A stretch of 32,000 nt of DNA. Source: Candidatus Methanoperedens sp. (GTDB lineage: Archaea > Halobacteriota > Methanosarcinia > Methanosarcinales > Methanoperedenaceae). A program made the translations under genes and the position numbers. Shown here piece after piece: positions 21,583-30,211 of the stretch (position 1 is its first letter; each line of letters opens with the position of its first letter). Location of the stretch: positions 60,001-92,000 of the forward strand of contig JAPZAR010000027.1 of NCBI GenBank assembly GCA_027460535.1, given 5' to 3'. Below the pieces are notes generated by a model, which saw only the letters and a program-made list of their open reading frames with translations, had not been told where the DNA came from and did not search any database.

Positions 21583-21769
21583 TCGGCGAATTTGTGGGTC
21601 GGCATAAAGTTTGCAATTGTAAGCACAGAGTTTGTAAATAGAATATTCCTATGTTTGCAACTGTTATTTCTGGTGATACGCAAACATCTATGCACGCTCG
21701 ATACTTGTGACGCAATGTAAAATTATGTTGAATGGATTGACTACAGGCAAATTATATGACATAAGTATA

Positions 21770-22906
21770 TTAAACATTTTTATATTTAAAAAGTACCTTC
21801 CTGAACCCATTCAGAGATTTTTCTATAGTCTCCTTCTTGACGCAGAAGGCTATTCTGAAATATCCACTTCTTCCAAATACCGTTCCTGGAAATACAAGGA
21901 TTCCCTCCCTGGAAAGTTCTCTGGCAAACACGAGATCATCCACAGGACTTTCCGGGAAAATATAATACGTGCCTTTGGGCCGTATGAATGAGTAACCGAA
22001 ATCATCTAAAGCATCACAGAAAAAGTCCCTTCTTTCCTGGTACTCCGAGATATCGACACGGACGCCCTGCAGATTAGTAATTACCTGCTGCATAAGGGCA
22101 GGAGCATTAATGAATCCAAGAATGCGATTTGCAAAAGTCATTGCCTCCATAATATCCCGGGCATCATCCATTTCAGGATTGACTGCTGCATATCCTATCC
22201 TTTCTCCAGGGATCGATAATGGCTTGGAATAAGCGGCTGCAATAATGGTATTTGAATAAATCTTGAAAACATCAGGAAGCTTGATGCCGTCATAAACTAT
22301 ATCCCGGTATGCTTCATCAAGGATCAAAAAAATATCTTTTCCAAACTCCTGGCTCTTCTCATATAGGAGTTTTGCAACAGATTCCAGGGTTTTTTCAGAA
22401 TAGATTTCCCCCGTCGGGTTGTTGGGTGAGTTCAGGATGATCGCTTTGGTACTGGAGTTTATCTGAGAATCTAAATTATCAATATTTATGGTGAAATCCT
22501 TGTTTGTTTCCGCTATCCGGCAAACTCCACCGTGGTTATCTATATAATAGGGATACTCCAGATAACTGGGCGCCAAAATAATAACCTCCTCACCAGGGTT
22601 CAGGAGCGCTTTTAAAGCAACATTTAACGCACCGGCGCAGCCAGCAGTCATAATTACATGCTGTGCGCTGAAAGATAATCCATGTTCCTTTGATATGGTC
22701 TTAGCTATTGCTTCTCTTGTCTTGGTATAGCCTGCTATCGGTGTGTAACGATGCATACCCGGAAAAGATTTATTTACAATGCGCTTCAACTCCTCAGTAA
22801 ACTTTGCAGGCGTCTCTATCTCCGGGTTTCCCAGAGTAAAATCGTAAATTTCCTTCTCTCCAACCTTTTCCTCAAACATCCTGGTAACCGAGGATGAAGC
22901 AGCCAT
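21770..22906 (-). CDS. Class I/II PLP-dependent aminotransferase (aspartate aminotransferase-like)
   Basis: 378-aa ORF with NSPNNPTGEIY, LDEAYRDIVYD and YSKPLSIPGERIGY (the PLP lysine). Confidence 0.9.
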   Translation of the reverse strand: MAASSSVTRMFEEKVGEKEIYDFTLGNPEIETPAKFTEELKRIVNKSFPGMHRYTPIAGYTKTREAIAKTISKEHGLSFSAQHVIMTAGCAGALNVALKALLNPGEEVIILAPSYLEYPYYIDNHGGVCRIAETNKDFTINIDNLDSQINSSTKAIILNSPNNPTGEIYSEKTLESVAKLLYEKSQEFGKDIFLILDEAYRDIVYDGIKLPDVFKIYSNTIIAAAYSKPLSIPGERIGYAAVNPEMDDARDIMEAMTFANRILGFINAPALMQQVITNLQGVRVDISEYQERRDFFCDALDDFGYSFIRPKGTYYIFPESPVDDLVFARELSREGILVFPGTVFGRSGYFRIAFCVKKETIEKSLNGFRKVLFKYKNV

Positions 22907-23287
22907 CTGCTCCCTTAATTTAATAGATATTGAGATACAAATACCTCCCTTCAGGGAAGTAGGTACTCAGAATTATAAATTCTTTGCGCTCTAGCTGCCG
23001 CATTGATGCCTATAAGTAGGGCCCACTAGAGTTACTTTGAACCTATCCAACTGTCTCATTCCGCTAAAGTGCAACGTTATATGCAAGACATAGAACTTAA
23101 AATCAAACTCGTTGATTGAGGATTTCGGAGTAAGTTTTGTGTAAAGTCGATGGTTGCAAACTTTACGATTATTTGGTGGATAGTTCCAGACTTTATACGC
23201 ATCGGACTTTGTGACTATTTCGGGGATTTAAAAGGGATTCCAATCGTAATCGCAAACTATATGATTCCTCACAATTCAAAAATGCGA

Positions 23288-23299
23288 TATATTTTAATA
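23288..23299 (+). promoter_or_regulatory. Putative TATA box for the intron-containing tRNA
   Basis: TATATTTTAATA is centred about 27 nt upstream of tRNA position 1 (23321). Confidence 0.4.
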
Positions 23300-23320
23300 C
23301 CTTCTTTGCATGTAGGTTGT

Positions 23321-23430
23321 GCCCAGGTGGCCTAGTTGGTTAGGGCGCCAGACTCATAGGGTAAAATTTGAAGAGGCGCTAAGCTTCCTGAGAAATCTGG
23401 AGGTCACGGGTTCGGATCCCGTCCTGGGCA
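23321..23430 (+). tRNA. Elongator-type tRNA with CAT anticodon (Met; Ile2/agmatidine identity not excluded) carrying a ~36-nt intron at the canonical 37/38 position
   Basis: Acceptor stem is GCCCAGG/CCTGGGC plus a discriminator A. The anticodon arm is CCAGA-CTCATA[23359-23394 intron]A-TCTGG and the T arm is ACGGG-TTCGGAT-CCCGT. The exons sum to 74 nt. Confidence 0.85.
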
Positions 23431-23503
23431 TGTCTTAACCATATCTAATGCCTTGGGTGCGTCACCTCAATTAAACCGATTTGATTAATAAGGAGTAATA
23501 CAA

Positions 23504-23626
23504 ATGTCGGAAATGTTTAAAAAGATGGGGTTGTTCGGTATCGCCCTGACAAAGAAAAAGGACAGAGAATTTGCCCCGGAAATGATAAAAAAAATCCAAG
23601 AAAGAAAAACAGGTCAAAGAACTTGA
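23504..23626 (+). CDS. Candidate 40-aa ORF (MSEMFKKMGLFGIALTKKKDREFAPEMIKKIQERKTGQRT)
   Basis: The ATG follows TAAGGAGTAA (SD). It lies directly upstream of the next ORF. There is no homology evidence. Confidence 0.3.
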   Translation: MSEMFKKMGLFGIALTKKKDREFAPEMIKKIQERKTGQRT

Positions 23627-23647
23627 GGTCTAACGAGGTAATAAGAC

Positions 23648-23899
23648 ATGCAAACAGATGTTAATGGGAAAGAAATAAAAATTGGGAATCATATAGAATT
23701 TGCAATACGGGACTGGATACAGAATGGAAAAATAACCAAAACTAAATCTGGAATAGTAAAATCGTTATCAAGAGACGATTCAGGAATATATGTCAAACCA
23801 GATGATGTTGATGGGGAATTATTTATTTGCACAAAGTGTCTGGCTCTATCTCCAAAAAAAGGCAAACTTGAACCTGAATTTGTAAAAGTGATTGCATGA
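23648..23899 (+). CDS. Hypothetical 83-aa protein
   Basis: ORF with a GAGGT SD upstream. I recognise no family. Confidence 0.5.
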   Translation: MQTDVNGKEIKIGNHIEFAIRDWIQNGKITKTKSGIVKSLSRDDSGIYVKPDDVDGELFICTKCLALSPKKGKLEPEFVKVIA

Positions 23900-24033
23900 A
23901 TAAAGAAATACTTATGAGTTCTTCCTGGTGCAGCTGAAGACCTGTATCAGAGGGAGTTATTTGATTCCTTCGATCGGTCTTCGATAATACTATCATAACT
24001 TTATATATTTTTAAAACATATTCTTATATTGAC

Positions 24034-25152
24034 ATGGACGCGACCAGCGAATTGACAATTCACAATGGCAGGCTTACGATTCTTGCGGCATTCGGGCATG
24101 GTGGAGAACTGGATAAAACCCAATTAAAGATGCTGATCGGTTCAGAAGTAATTGCTGAAAGATGGAATAAACCAATAGATATTGAAAAAGCAGAAGGCGT
24201 GACTGTTATTGTCGCAGGTGATGAAAAAATTACCTGCAATACAAACATGTATACTGATATTTTTGCGGCAGGGGTTTCGATACTACGCACAGAAATTGAG
24301 ATCCGGGATAAGATAACATTGAATGATATCCAGATAGCCCTTCATTCGAACAACATTATCGTGGAAGGACTTGACTACCAGTCATATGCAAACAAGAGGA
24401 TAAAGGAAATACGCGCGAAAATCAATCCAATAAAGGCGGTCGCATATCATCCGGATATTAAAAAATTCACCTTTCTGAAAATTAAAGATTTTGCCCCCCA
24501 GCTCGACCAGAAAAGCCTGAGAGAGCAACATGGAGAGATAATCACACGTTTCCTTTCAGGTGAGACATCCATCCGTGCGCTGCATAGCAAGGAAATCATG
24601 GAAAAGATCGCAAATGACCTTTCATATTACGATGAAGACCTTTTTCTTGCTACGACCGAGGGGGCTTTTGTTGTTGGTTGTGATGGGTACATCAACGAAC
24701 TGCGCGAATTACTGGAACTTTCAATATCACTATTGCTTTTGTTCCAGATATATGACAGGAAGATCGACGTTGAAGTATCCAATGCTTTCGACGCCCTGAA
24801 AAAACTTAACAGCTCAAGATATTATTTCATTACACAGGCTCCAAGAAAACTTGAAAAATCACTATTTATGGTTAGTGAAATTGGGCTTGTGATCCTTGAT
24901 GATATTAAAGATCTGATGAATCCTCACAAGATTACGAATGATTGGTATTACCAGTCTTTCTATCAGGAAATGCTGGATGCCCTCAAAGTACAGGACTATG
25001 GAAAATTGGTGCAGGAGAAGATCGATTCTCTCCAGGATCTCTACTCAACAGCAAGAGAACTTTCTACAGAGCAATTGACTCTCTGGCTTGAGGTTGCAAT
25101 AGTTCTCCTGATCTTATGGGAAGTAGTTAAACCTATTATTCAAATGCTCTGA
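24034..25152 (+). CDS. Hypothetical protein with a single C-terminal TM anchor (weak resemblance of the C-terminal third to the DUF155/RMD1-YagE family)
   Basis: 372-aa ORF. It has a C-terminal coiled-coil-like segment followed by LTLWLEVAIVLLILWEVVKPIIQML. The pattern ...WYYQSFYQEMLDALKV...KIDSLQDLY...LEVAIVLLILWEV recalls the DUF155 C-terminus. This was not verified. Confidence 0.6.
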   Translation: MDATSELTIHNGRLTILAAFGHGGELDKTQLKMLIGSEVIAERWNKPIDIEKAEGVTVIVAGDEKITCNTNMYTDIFAAGVSILRTEIEIRDKITLNDIQIALHSNNIIVEGLDYQSYANKRIKEIRAKINPIKAVAYHPDIKKFTFLKIKDFAPQLDQKSLREQHGEIITRFLSGETSIRALHSKEIMEKIANDLSYYDEDLFLATTEGAFVVGCDGYINELRELLELSISLLLLFQIYDRKIDVEVSNAFDALKKLNSSRYYFITQAPRKLEKSLFMVSEIGLVILDDIKDLMNPHKITNDWYYQSFYQEMLDALKVQDYGKLVQEKIDSLQDLYSTARELSTEQLTLWLEVAIVLLILWEVVKPIIQML

Positions 25153-25156
25153 TCAA

Positions 25157-27763
25157 TCAAAATTTCACCCTCCTGTAGAATACCGCTTTCACTATTTCTG
25201 CCGCGATGATGTAAAAGGCCACTATCCCTCCCATAAGAAGGAGGAACGAAATCGGAAGCTGACTAAATCCAAATACTTTCCCGATTGGCATGAAAGGGAA
25301 AAGAAGTGCGCCTGCAACGATCAGCAGTGTGGCTGCGGACAGATACTTTCCGGGTATGCTCTTGAAGAAAGGTTTTTTTGTGCGAATAACAAGCACGATC
25401 ATCGAAGCTGAAATAACAGATTCCATAAACCAGCCGGTCCTGAATTGGTCCGTTGCAGCATGGAGGATGAAAAACAAAGCGCCGAATGTAAGAATGTCGA
25501 ATACGGAACTTAGAATACCAAATACAAGCATAAAATTGCGGATGAAGCCTATGTCCCAGCGCCTGGGATGATCAACCATTTCGCCATCCACGCTATCAGT
25601 AGCGATGGTCATCTCCGGGATATCAGTCATGAGATTGGTGAGCAGGATCTGTCCGGGCAACAGGGGAAGAAAGGGCAAGAAAAGCGATACACCAGCCATG
25701 CTGAACATGTTCCCGAAATTGGCGCTCGTGGCCATGAAAACATATTTGAGGGTATTGGCAAATGTCATTCTCCCTTCACGCACACCCTGCACAAGGACAC
25801 CTAAATCCTTTTCCAGCAGCACAATATCAGCCGCATCTTTGGCAACATCCACGGCGCTGTCAACTGAGATGCCAACATCGGCAACATGGAGAGCTGACGC
25901 GTCATTAATTCCATCCCCCATATAGCCCACAACATTTCCGGTCTTCTTTAGAGCCAGGATGATGCGTTCCTTCTGGTTTGGTTCAATATCCGCAAAGATA
26001 TTTACATCATTCACCCTCCCAAGGAGTGCTTCATCACTCATCTGGCGAACGTCCTGGCCTGTAAGTATGGAAGGTCCAGTCAATCCCACTTGTTTGCCGA
26101 CATTGGCAGCAACCAGTTTGTTGTCTCCTGTGATGATCTTCAATGTAATGCCGAGATGATGTAATTGATTTATAGTATCGGCAATTCCAGGCTTGGGCGG
26201 ATCGAATAGGACGATGAATCCTAAGAACGTCATCGCTGCTTCATGGTCTTTGGTTATAAGCGAATCAGACCCGATATCCCGGTAAGCAACTCCCAATATG
26301 CGCAAGCCCTTACTGCTCTGCTTCTCATAGCACTGCTGAATCTGCTCCTTCACGGTAGCTATATCCGCGATCTTTCCATTGGAAATTTCTGCTGAGGAAC
26401 AGACAGCCAGCACATTCTGCAGAGCGCCTTTGGTCACCATCAGATGCTTATCATCTTTTGAGACAAGGATGCTCAGTCGCTTACGGATGAAATCGTACGG
26501 CACTTCATCCAGTTTCTGGCAGCCAGGAACCTTAAACTGGCTAAAGTTTCGGATCGCGCTGTCTATCGGGTTCGCAAAACCAGTCTGGAAAAATGCATTG
26601 AGATAAGCATAGAAAAGAACTTTTTCGCTCTCCTTTCCTTCAACATCAAGAGTGGAGTGCACCCGCACTACCCCTTCGGTCAGAGTGCCGGTCTTATCTG
26701 AACAGAGAACGTTCATACTGCCAAAATTTTCAATGGAGGCAAGGCGTTTAACGATCACTTTCTGCAGCGCCATGCGCTTTGCGCCGTATGCAAGGTTCAC
26801 GCTGATAATCGCCGGTAGCAGTTGAGGGGTCAGCCCAACAGCGAGTGCCAGGGAAAAAAGAAGAGATTCCAGAATTGGGCGTGCCAGATAGGCGTTGATT
26901 GCAAAAATTGCAATTACCAACAGGAGCGTAATTTCCATAAGGAAATACCCGAACCGCCGGACACCACGTTCAAATTCCGTCTCCGGCGGCCGCAGTTTCA
27001 ACCGTTCGGAAACCTTGCCGAATTCGGTTTCTGTCCCTGTGCAGACAACCACAGCTTTCGCGCTGCCGCTCACCACATGGGTGCCCATGAAAAGAGTATT
27101 CTTCCGCTGACCAAGCTGTGTTTCCTTCGCCAGTTCCCCTGCCGACTTTTCTACCGGATATGTTTCGCCTGTCAGCGTGGCTTCATCGACGAATAAATCT
27201 TTAGACTCCAGGATCAGACAGTCTCCAGGAATGATATCTCCACCATTGAGGATAACAACATCCCCGGGCACAATCTCTTCGACAGGAATTTCTCTCGGGC
27301 TTCCATCACGCAGCACCATAGCCTTTATCTGCACGATAGCGAGTAACTTCTCTATTGCACTGGCAGCTCCTCGTTCCTGCCAGAATCCCAGAAGGCCGCT
27401 TATGAAAACGATTGCAAGGATAATGAAAACGTCAACATGTTCATGCAGGAAAAATGATAATCCTGCCGCAAAGAGAAGTATGAGGGTAATGGGGCTTTTG
27501 AATTGTGTAAGTAAAAGCGAAAGTGCATCCGTTCTTCTTTTGGGCGTCAGGAGATTGGAGCCATAACGTGTGAGTCGCTGCCGTGCTTCATCGCTTGTAA
27601 CCCCCTGTGGTGTTGTTTGAAGTCGCGCAAGCAGTTCAGCAGCAGGGAGGCTCCAGAATGCCGGAGGTCGTTGATTCATCGGGTCAATCTTTTTAGAAAT
27701 GTTGAATAATTGCATATGATTATCAGGTAAATTCGGTAGTGTTAATTTATTCTTGATTAACAT
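25157..27763 (-). CDS. mgtA: Magnesium-translocating P-type ATPase
   Basis: 868-aa ORF with TGET, CSDKTGTLT, ITGDN, MGDGINDASAL and the MgtA-type C-terminal membrane domain (PFLPLLPGQILLTNLMTD). The true start may be an internal Met (residue 17 or 29). Confidence 0.92.
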   Translation of the reverse strand: MLIKNKLTLPNLPDNHMQLFNISKKIDPMNQRPPAFWSLPAAELLARLQTTPQGVTSDEARQRLTRYGSNLLTPKRRTDALSLLLTQFKSPITLILLFAAGLSFFLHEHVDVFIILAIVFISGLLGFWQERGAASAIEKLLAIVQIKAMVLRDGSPREIPVEEIVPGDVVILNGGDIIPGDCLILESKDLFVDEATLTGETYPVEKSAGELAKETQLGQRKNTLFMGTHVVSGSAKAVVVCTGTETEFGKVSERLKLRPPETEFERGVRRFGYFLMEITLLLVIAIFAINAYLARPILESLLFSLALAVGLTPQLLPAIISVNLAYGAKRMALQKVIVKRLASIENFGSMNVLCSDKTGTLTEGVVRVHSTLDVEGKESEKVLFYAYLNAFFQTGFANPIDSAIRNFSQFKVPGCQKLDEVPYDFIRKRLSILVSKDDKHLMVTKGALQNVLAVCSSAEISNGKIADIATVKEQIQQCYEKQSSKGLRILGVAYRDIGSDSLITKDHEAAMTFLGFIVLFDPPKPGIADTINQLHHLGITLKIITGDNKLVAANVGKQVGLTGPSILTGQDVRQMSDEALLGRVNDVNIFADIEPNQKERIILALKKTGNVVGYMGDGINDASALHVADVGISVDSAVDVAKDAADIVLLEKDLGVLVQGVREGRMTFANTLKYVFMATSANFGNMFSMAGVSLFLPFLPLLPGQILLTNLMTDIPEMTIATDSVDGEMVDHPRRWDIGFIRNFMLVFGILSSVFDILTFGALFFILHAATDQFRTGWFMESVISASMIVLVIRTKKPFFKSIPGKYLSAATLLIVAGALLFPFMPIGKVFGFSQLPISFLLLMGGIVAFYIIAAEIVKAVFYRRVKF

Positions 27764-27808
27764 AACTATATACCTCTTCGAAATGATTACATTCTAAGAG
27801 GTAAGAAA

Positions 27809-27973
27809 ATGATTTTAAAAGAAGATTGTAGCGGTTTTGGATATTTAAAGAGTGATATTACTGGGATTGGAGACGGGCAAAGAGGATTTATGAATATTCC
27901 TAATTGTAGAATACATAAAATGTCTCTATGTGGATGTTCTGAGACTTGCTCATATTATGAAAAAGCTTGCTGA
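27809..27973 (+). CDS. Candidate 54-aa Cys-rich micro-protein (MILKEDCSGFGYLKSDITGIGDGQRGFMNIPNCRIHKMSLCGCSETCSYYEKAC)
   Basis: The ATG lies 6 nt after a GAGGT SD. The peptide has six Cys, including CGCSETC. It is divergent from mgtA and below the ORF-track cutoff. Confidence 0.3.
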   Translation: MILKEDCSGFGYLKSDITGIGDGQRGFMNIPNCRIHKMSLCGCSETCSYYEKAC

Positions 27974-28239
27974 CCTGATAAGCTATTCAGTTTATTAATT
28001 TTATAATTAATTGCTAATTCTATTAAATCTCTCCATCCATTCTCTGAGTGAATGGCAAAGTAAAAAAATTTATTCATCTTAACCAGACTCAATGGATATG
28101 TCGCCTGGAATATGAATTACTAAAATTATGTTAGCAAATTATAATGGTTTTGAGTAGAAGTTAGTAATCAGCGAAAGGCATTGCACCACCAAACTATTTA
28201 TTATAGATATTACATAAGTTACATTGTGGAGGTTAATTT

Positions 28240-28461
28240 ATGGAGGATGAAGAATTAAAGCAGATAAAGCAAACACTCAATGACCTAACCGTCAAAATTG
28301 ATGACAAAATTGATGAACTATCAAAATCAATCGGGAAAACAGTTGGAGAGAAAAAAGAATATGCTGAAGATAAGATAAACGAAAACCCTCTTGCTTATGT
28401 AGCTGGAGCATTCGTGGGCGGGGTGATCGTGGGTTACGTGATCGGTAGGGGAAAAGGCTAG
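28240..28461 (+). CDS. DUF883 / YqjD-ElaB-like C-tail-anchored protein
   Basis: 73-aa ORF with a GGAGGT SD. It is a charged helical region followed by ENPLAYVAGAFVGGVIVGYVIGR, the typical DUF883 C-terminus. Confidence 0.65.
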   Translation: MEDEELKQIKQTLNDLTVKIDDKIDELSKSIGKTVGEKKEYAEDKINENPLAYVAGAFVGGVIVGYVIGRGKG

Positions 28462-28754
28462 TGCAACAAAGTATAATAGATTTTCTTAGCGGCCTTTCAA
28501 AATCGATAATTGAAGGCTTTAGCGAAGCGCTGAAACATAGTGGAATTGGCAATTCCATAGAAGAAGGTATGGAGAAATTCAGAAAAAAGTTATTTATTAC
28601 CGGCATTGCAATCTCGCTCGCTGGTACCGGGTTTTTCTTGATCCTCTGGGGAATTGCATCCGCCATTGATGCGATGTTCGCTATGCGAGGCCTGGGATTT
28701 GTACTGATAGGTTTACTTGGAGTACTAACTGGAGCACTTGTGTTAAAGAAATAG
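28461..28754 (+). CDS. Small 2-TM membrane protein (YqjE / DUF1469 holin-X-like, tentative)
   Basis: 97-aa ORF. Its GTG start overlaps the upstream TAG by 1 nt (TAGTG). It has two hydrophobic helices. In E. coli, yqjD is followed by yqjE in the same order. Confidence 0.5.
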   Translation: MQQSIIDFLSGLSKSIIEGFSEALKHSGIGNSIEEGMEKFRKKLFITGIAISLAGTGFFLILWGIASAIDAMFAMRGLGFVLIGLLGVLTGALVLKK

Positions 28755-28990
28755 TATGGGTAGACAGCCGATTACTGTGCGGCTCAGTTTGCTTTGAATC
28801 TGATGAGAAAGGCCCCACCAGAGAGAAACGATTAAACTGTATTTCGAGAAGCAAGCTTCCATGACTTCGGATTACATTTACTTTAACTGCCTCATTGGGA
28901 ATCTCTGTTCGCATTGGCCATAATAAGTCTCTTTTAGCACTTTCTATTATCTCCTCTGCGTTACATCTTCCATTTTTCTAACAGGAATGG

Positions 28991-29143
28991 CTACAAAGGT
29001 TTGCGTCCCTGGATGATTCTGACCAGTATCACGATGATAGCAACGACCAGCAATATATGGATTAAGCCACCAAGTAAACCGAGCGAAAATCCCAATAGCC
29101 AGAGGATCACCAGAATTACAACTATTGTCCAGAATAGGTCCAT
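28991..29143 (-). CDS. lmo0937-family small membrane protein
   Basis: My own translation gives MDLFWTIVVILVILWLLGFSLGLLGGLIHILLVVAIIVILVRIIQGRKPL (50 aa). A GGAGGT SD lies upstream. It matches the family pattern LWTI..IL.VLWLLG......GGLIH.LLV.AII....R.I.GR. Confidence 0.7.
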   Translation of the reverse strand: MDLFWTIVVILVILWLLGFSLGLLGGLIHILLVVAIIVILVRIIQGRKPL

Positions 29144-29368
29144 AAATCTAACCTCCCATGAATGTCATTTGTACTAAGTGCTAATAATCTTTTCGCTTGT
29201 TTTTGGCTCTCAATTAACTTTACAACTTTATTCCGTCTTTCCGTACCGGGAAGATGGGCCTATAAAACCAAATATTTCTGGACTTCATAGTGGAATGCGC
29301 ATAATATTAAAATGCAGTAAATTAGGGAACCAAAATGCTTAATAAATATAAGATTCCTTTTACCATTA

Positions 29369-29614
29369 ATGGCAGTCGAGACAATAATCTTATTTTTGGC
29401 AATTATAGCTGTGATTGCTGTATATATTGTTTTGAGGGCTGCAAAGTACCTGATTGTAAATTCAATACTGGGCCTCATTCTTCTTGCTATGGGCAACATT
29501 ATTTTTAAATTGGACATTGCTTATACCGCTACAGTAGTATTGATTTGCGCACTCGGGGGAATTCCCGGTGCGATCCTTATAATGCTGCTTCATGTATTCC
29601 ATATAGCGTTCTGA
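29369..29614 (+). CDS. BofA-family small membrane protein (pro-sigmaK processing inhibitor homolog)
   Basis: 81-aa ORF. LIVNSILGLILLAMGN...ICALGGIPGAILIMLL matches the BofA C-terminal G(I/L)LGIPG motif. Confidence 0.65.
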   Translation: MAVETIILFLAIIAVIAVYIVLRAAKYLIVNSILGLILLAMGNIIFKLDIAYTATVVLICALGGIPGAILIMLLHVFHIAF

Positions 29615-29997
29615 CCTCAGTATAGAAAGATAATATATTTGCATAACATTACTGAAGTTTGGCCATCTATTGATCAGAGGAATGATGTGGGCAGAATCAT
29701 AATATCATCCAGAGGCACGTTGATGAACGTATGGAGCAAAAACAGGCTCTGATTTCAGCTATTTAACATGTTACAATAGTGTGAAATAAGTTGCCAATGG
29801 TTTTAGATGGGCACTGGTAACCACCGATATATTTTTATAGTATCTGTTCCTAACAAATAATATCGAATGGCAGTTATAACGGCAGGTAATATCGATAATT
29901 CTCCGAATTATTCGGCTTAAGGCTCCTGATAAGATGCCATAGCCGTGATTACGCTGCAAGATTATATAAGAACAGATTTACGAAACGGGGGAATTCC

Positions 29998-30177
29998 ATG
30001 AAAAGCAGTACACAGGACCAGGCAGAAGGCAAGATCCACAAAGTGAAGGGTGAGATCAAGGAAATCGCCGGGAAACTCAGCAAGAATCCCGACCTGGAAA
30101 CAGAAGGCAAAGACGAAAAGATAGCCGGCAAAGTTCAAGAAAAGATTGGCCAGATCAAGAAGGTCTTTGGGAAGTAA
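29998..30177 (+). CDS. CsbD-family stress-response protein
   Basis: My own translation gives MKSSTQDQAEGKIHKVKGEIKEIAGKLSKNPDLETEGKDEKIAGKVQEKIGQIKKVFGK (59 aa), which shows the canonical CsbD repeats (KGk.KE.aGK...d..le.EGK.dk..GK.Q.k.G). Confidence 0.8.
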   Translation: MKSSTQDQAEGKIHKVKGEIKEIAGKLSKNPDLETEGKDEKIAGKVQEKIGQIKKVFGK

Positions 30178-30211
30178 TATTTATGAACTAGTATAATTTT
30201 TTGGGAGGAAA

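Noticed and set aside
21474-21695. 73-aa minus-strand ORF overlapping the initiator tRNA
   Set aside because: The region folds into a textbook archaeal initiator tRNA on the plus strand. The ORF is a by-product of the GC-rich tRNA sequence.
23150-23335. 61-aa plus-strand ORF ending inside the intron-containing tRNA
   Set aside because: It runs across the tRNA promoter and into the acceptor stem. It has no SD and a hydrophobic, random-looking sequence.
28681-28914. 77-aa minus-strand ORF downstream of and overlapping the YqjE-like gene
   Set aside because: It overlaps the 3' end of a coupled plus-strand gene pair and has no SD and no motif, so it is probably spurious.
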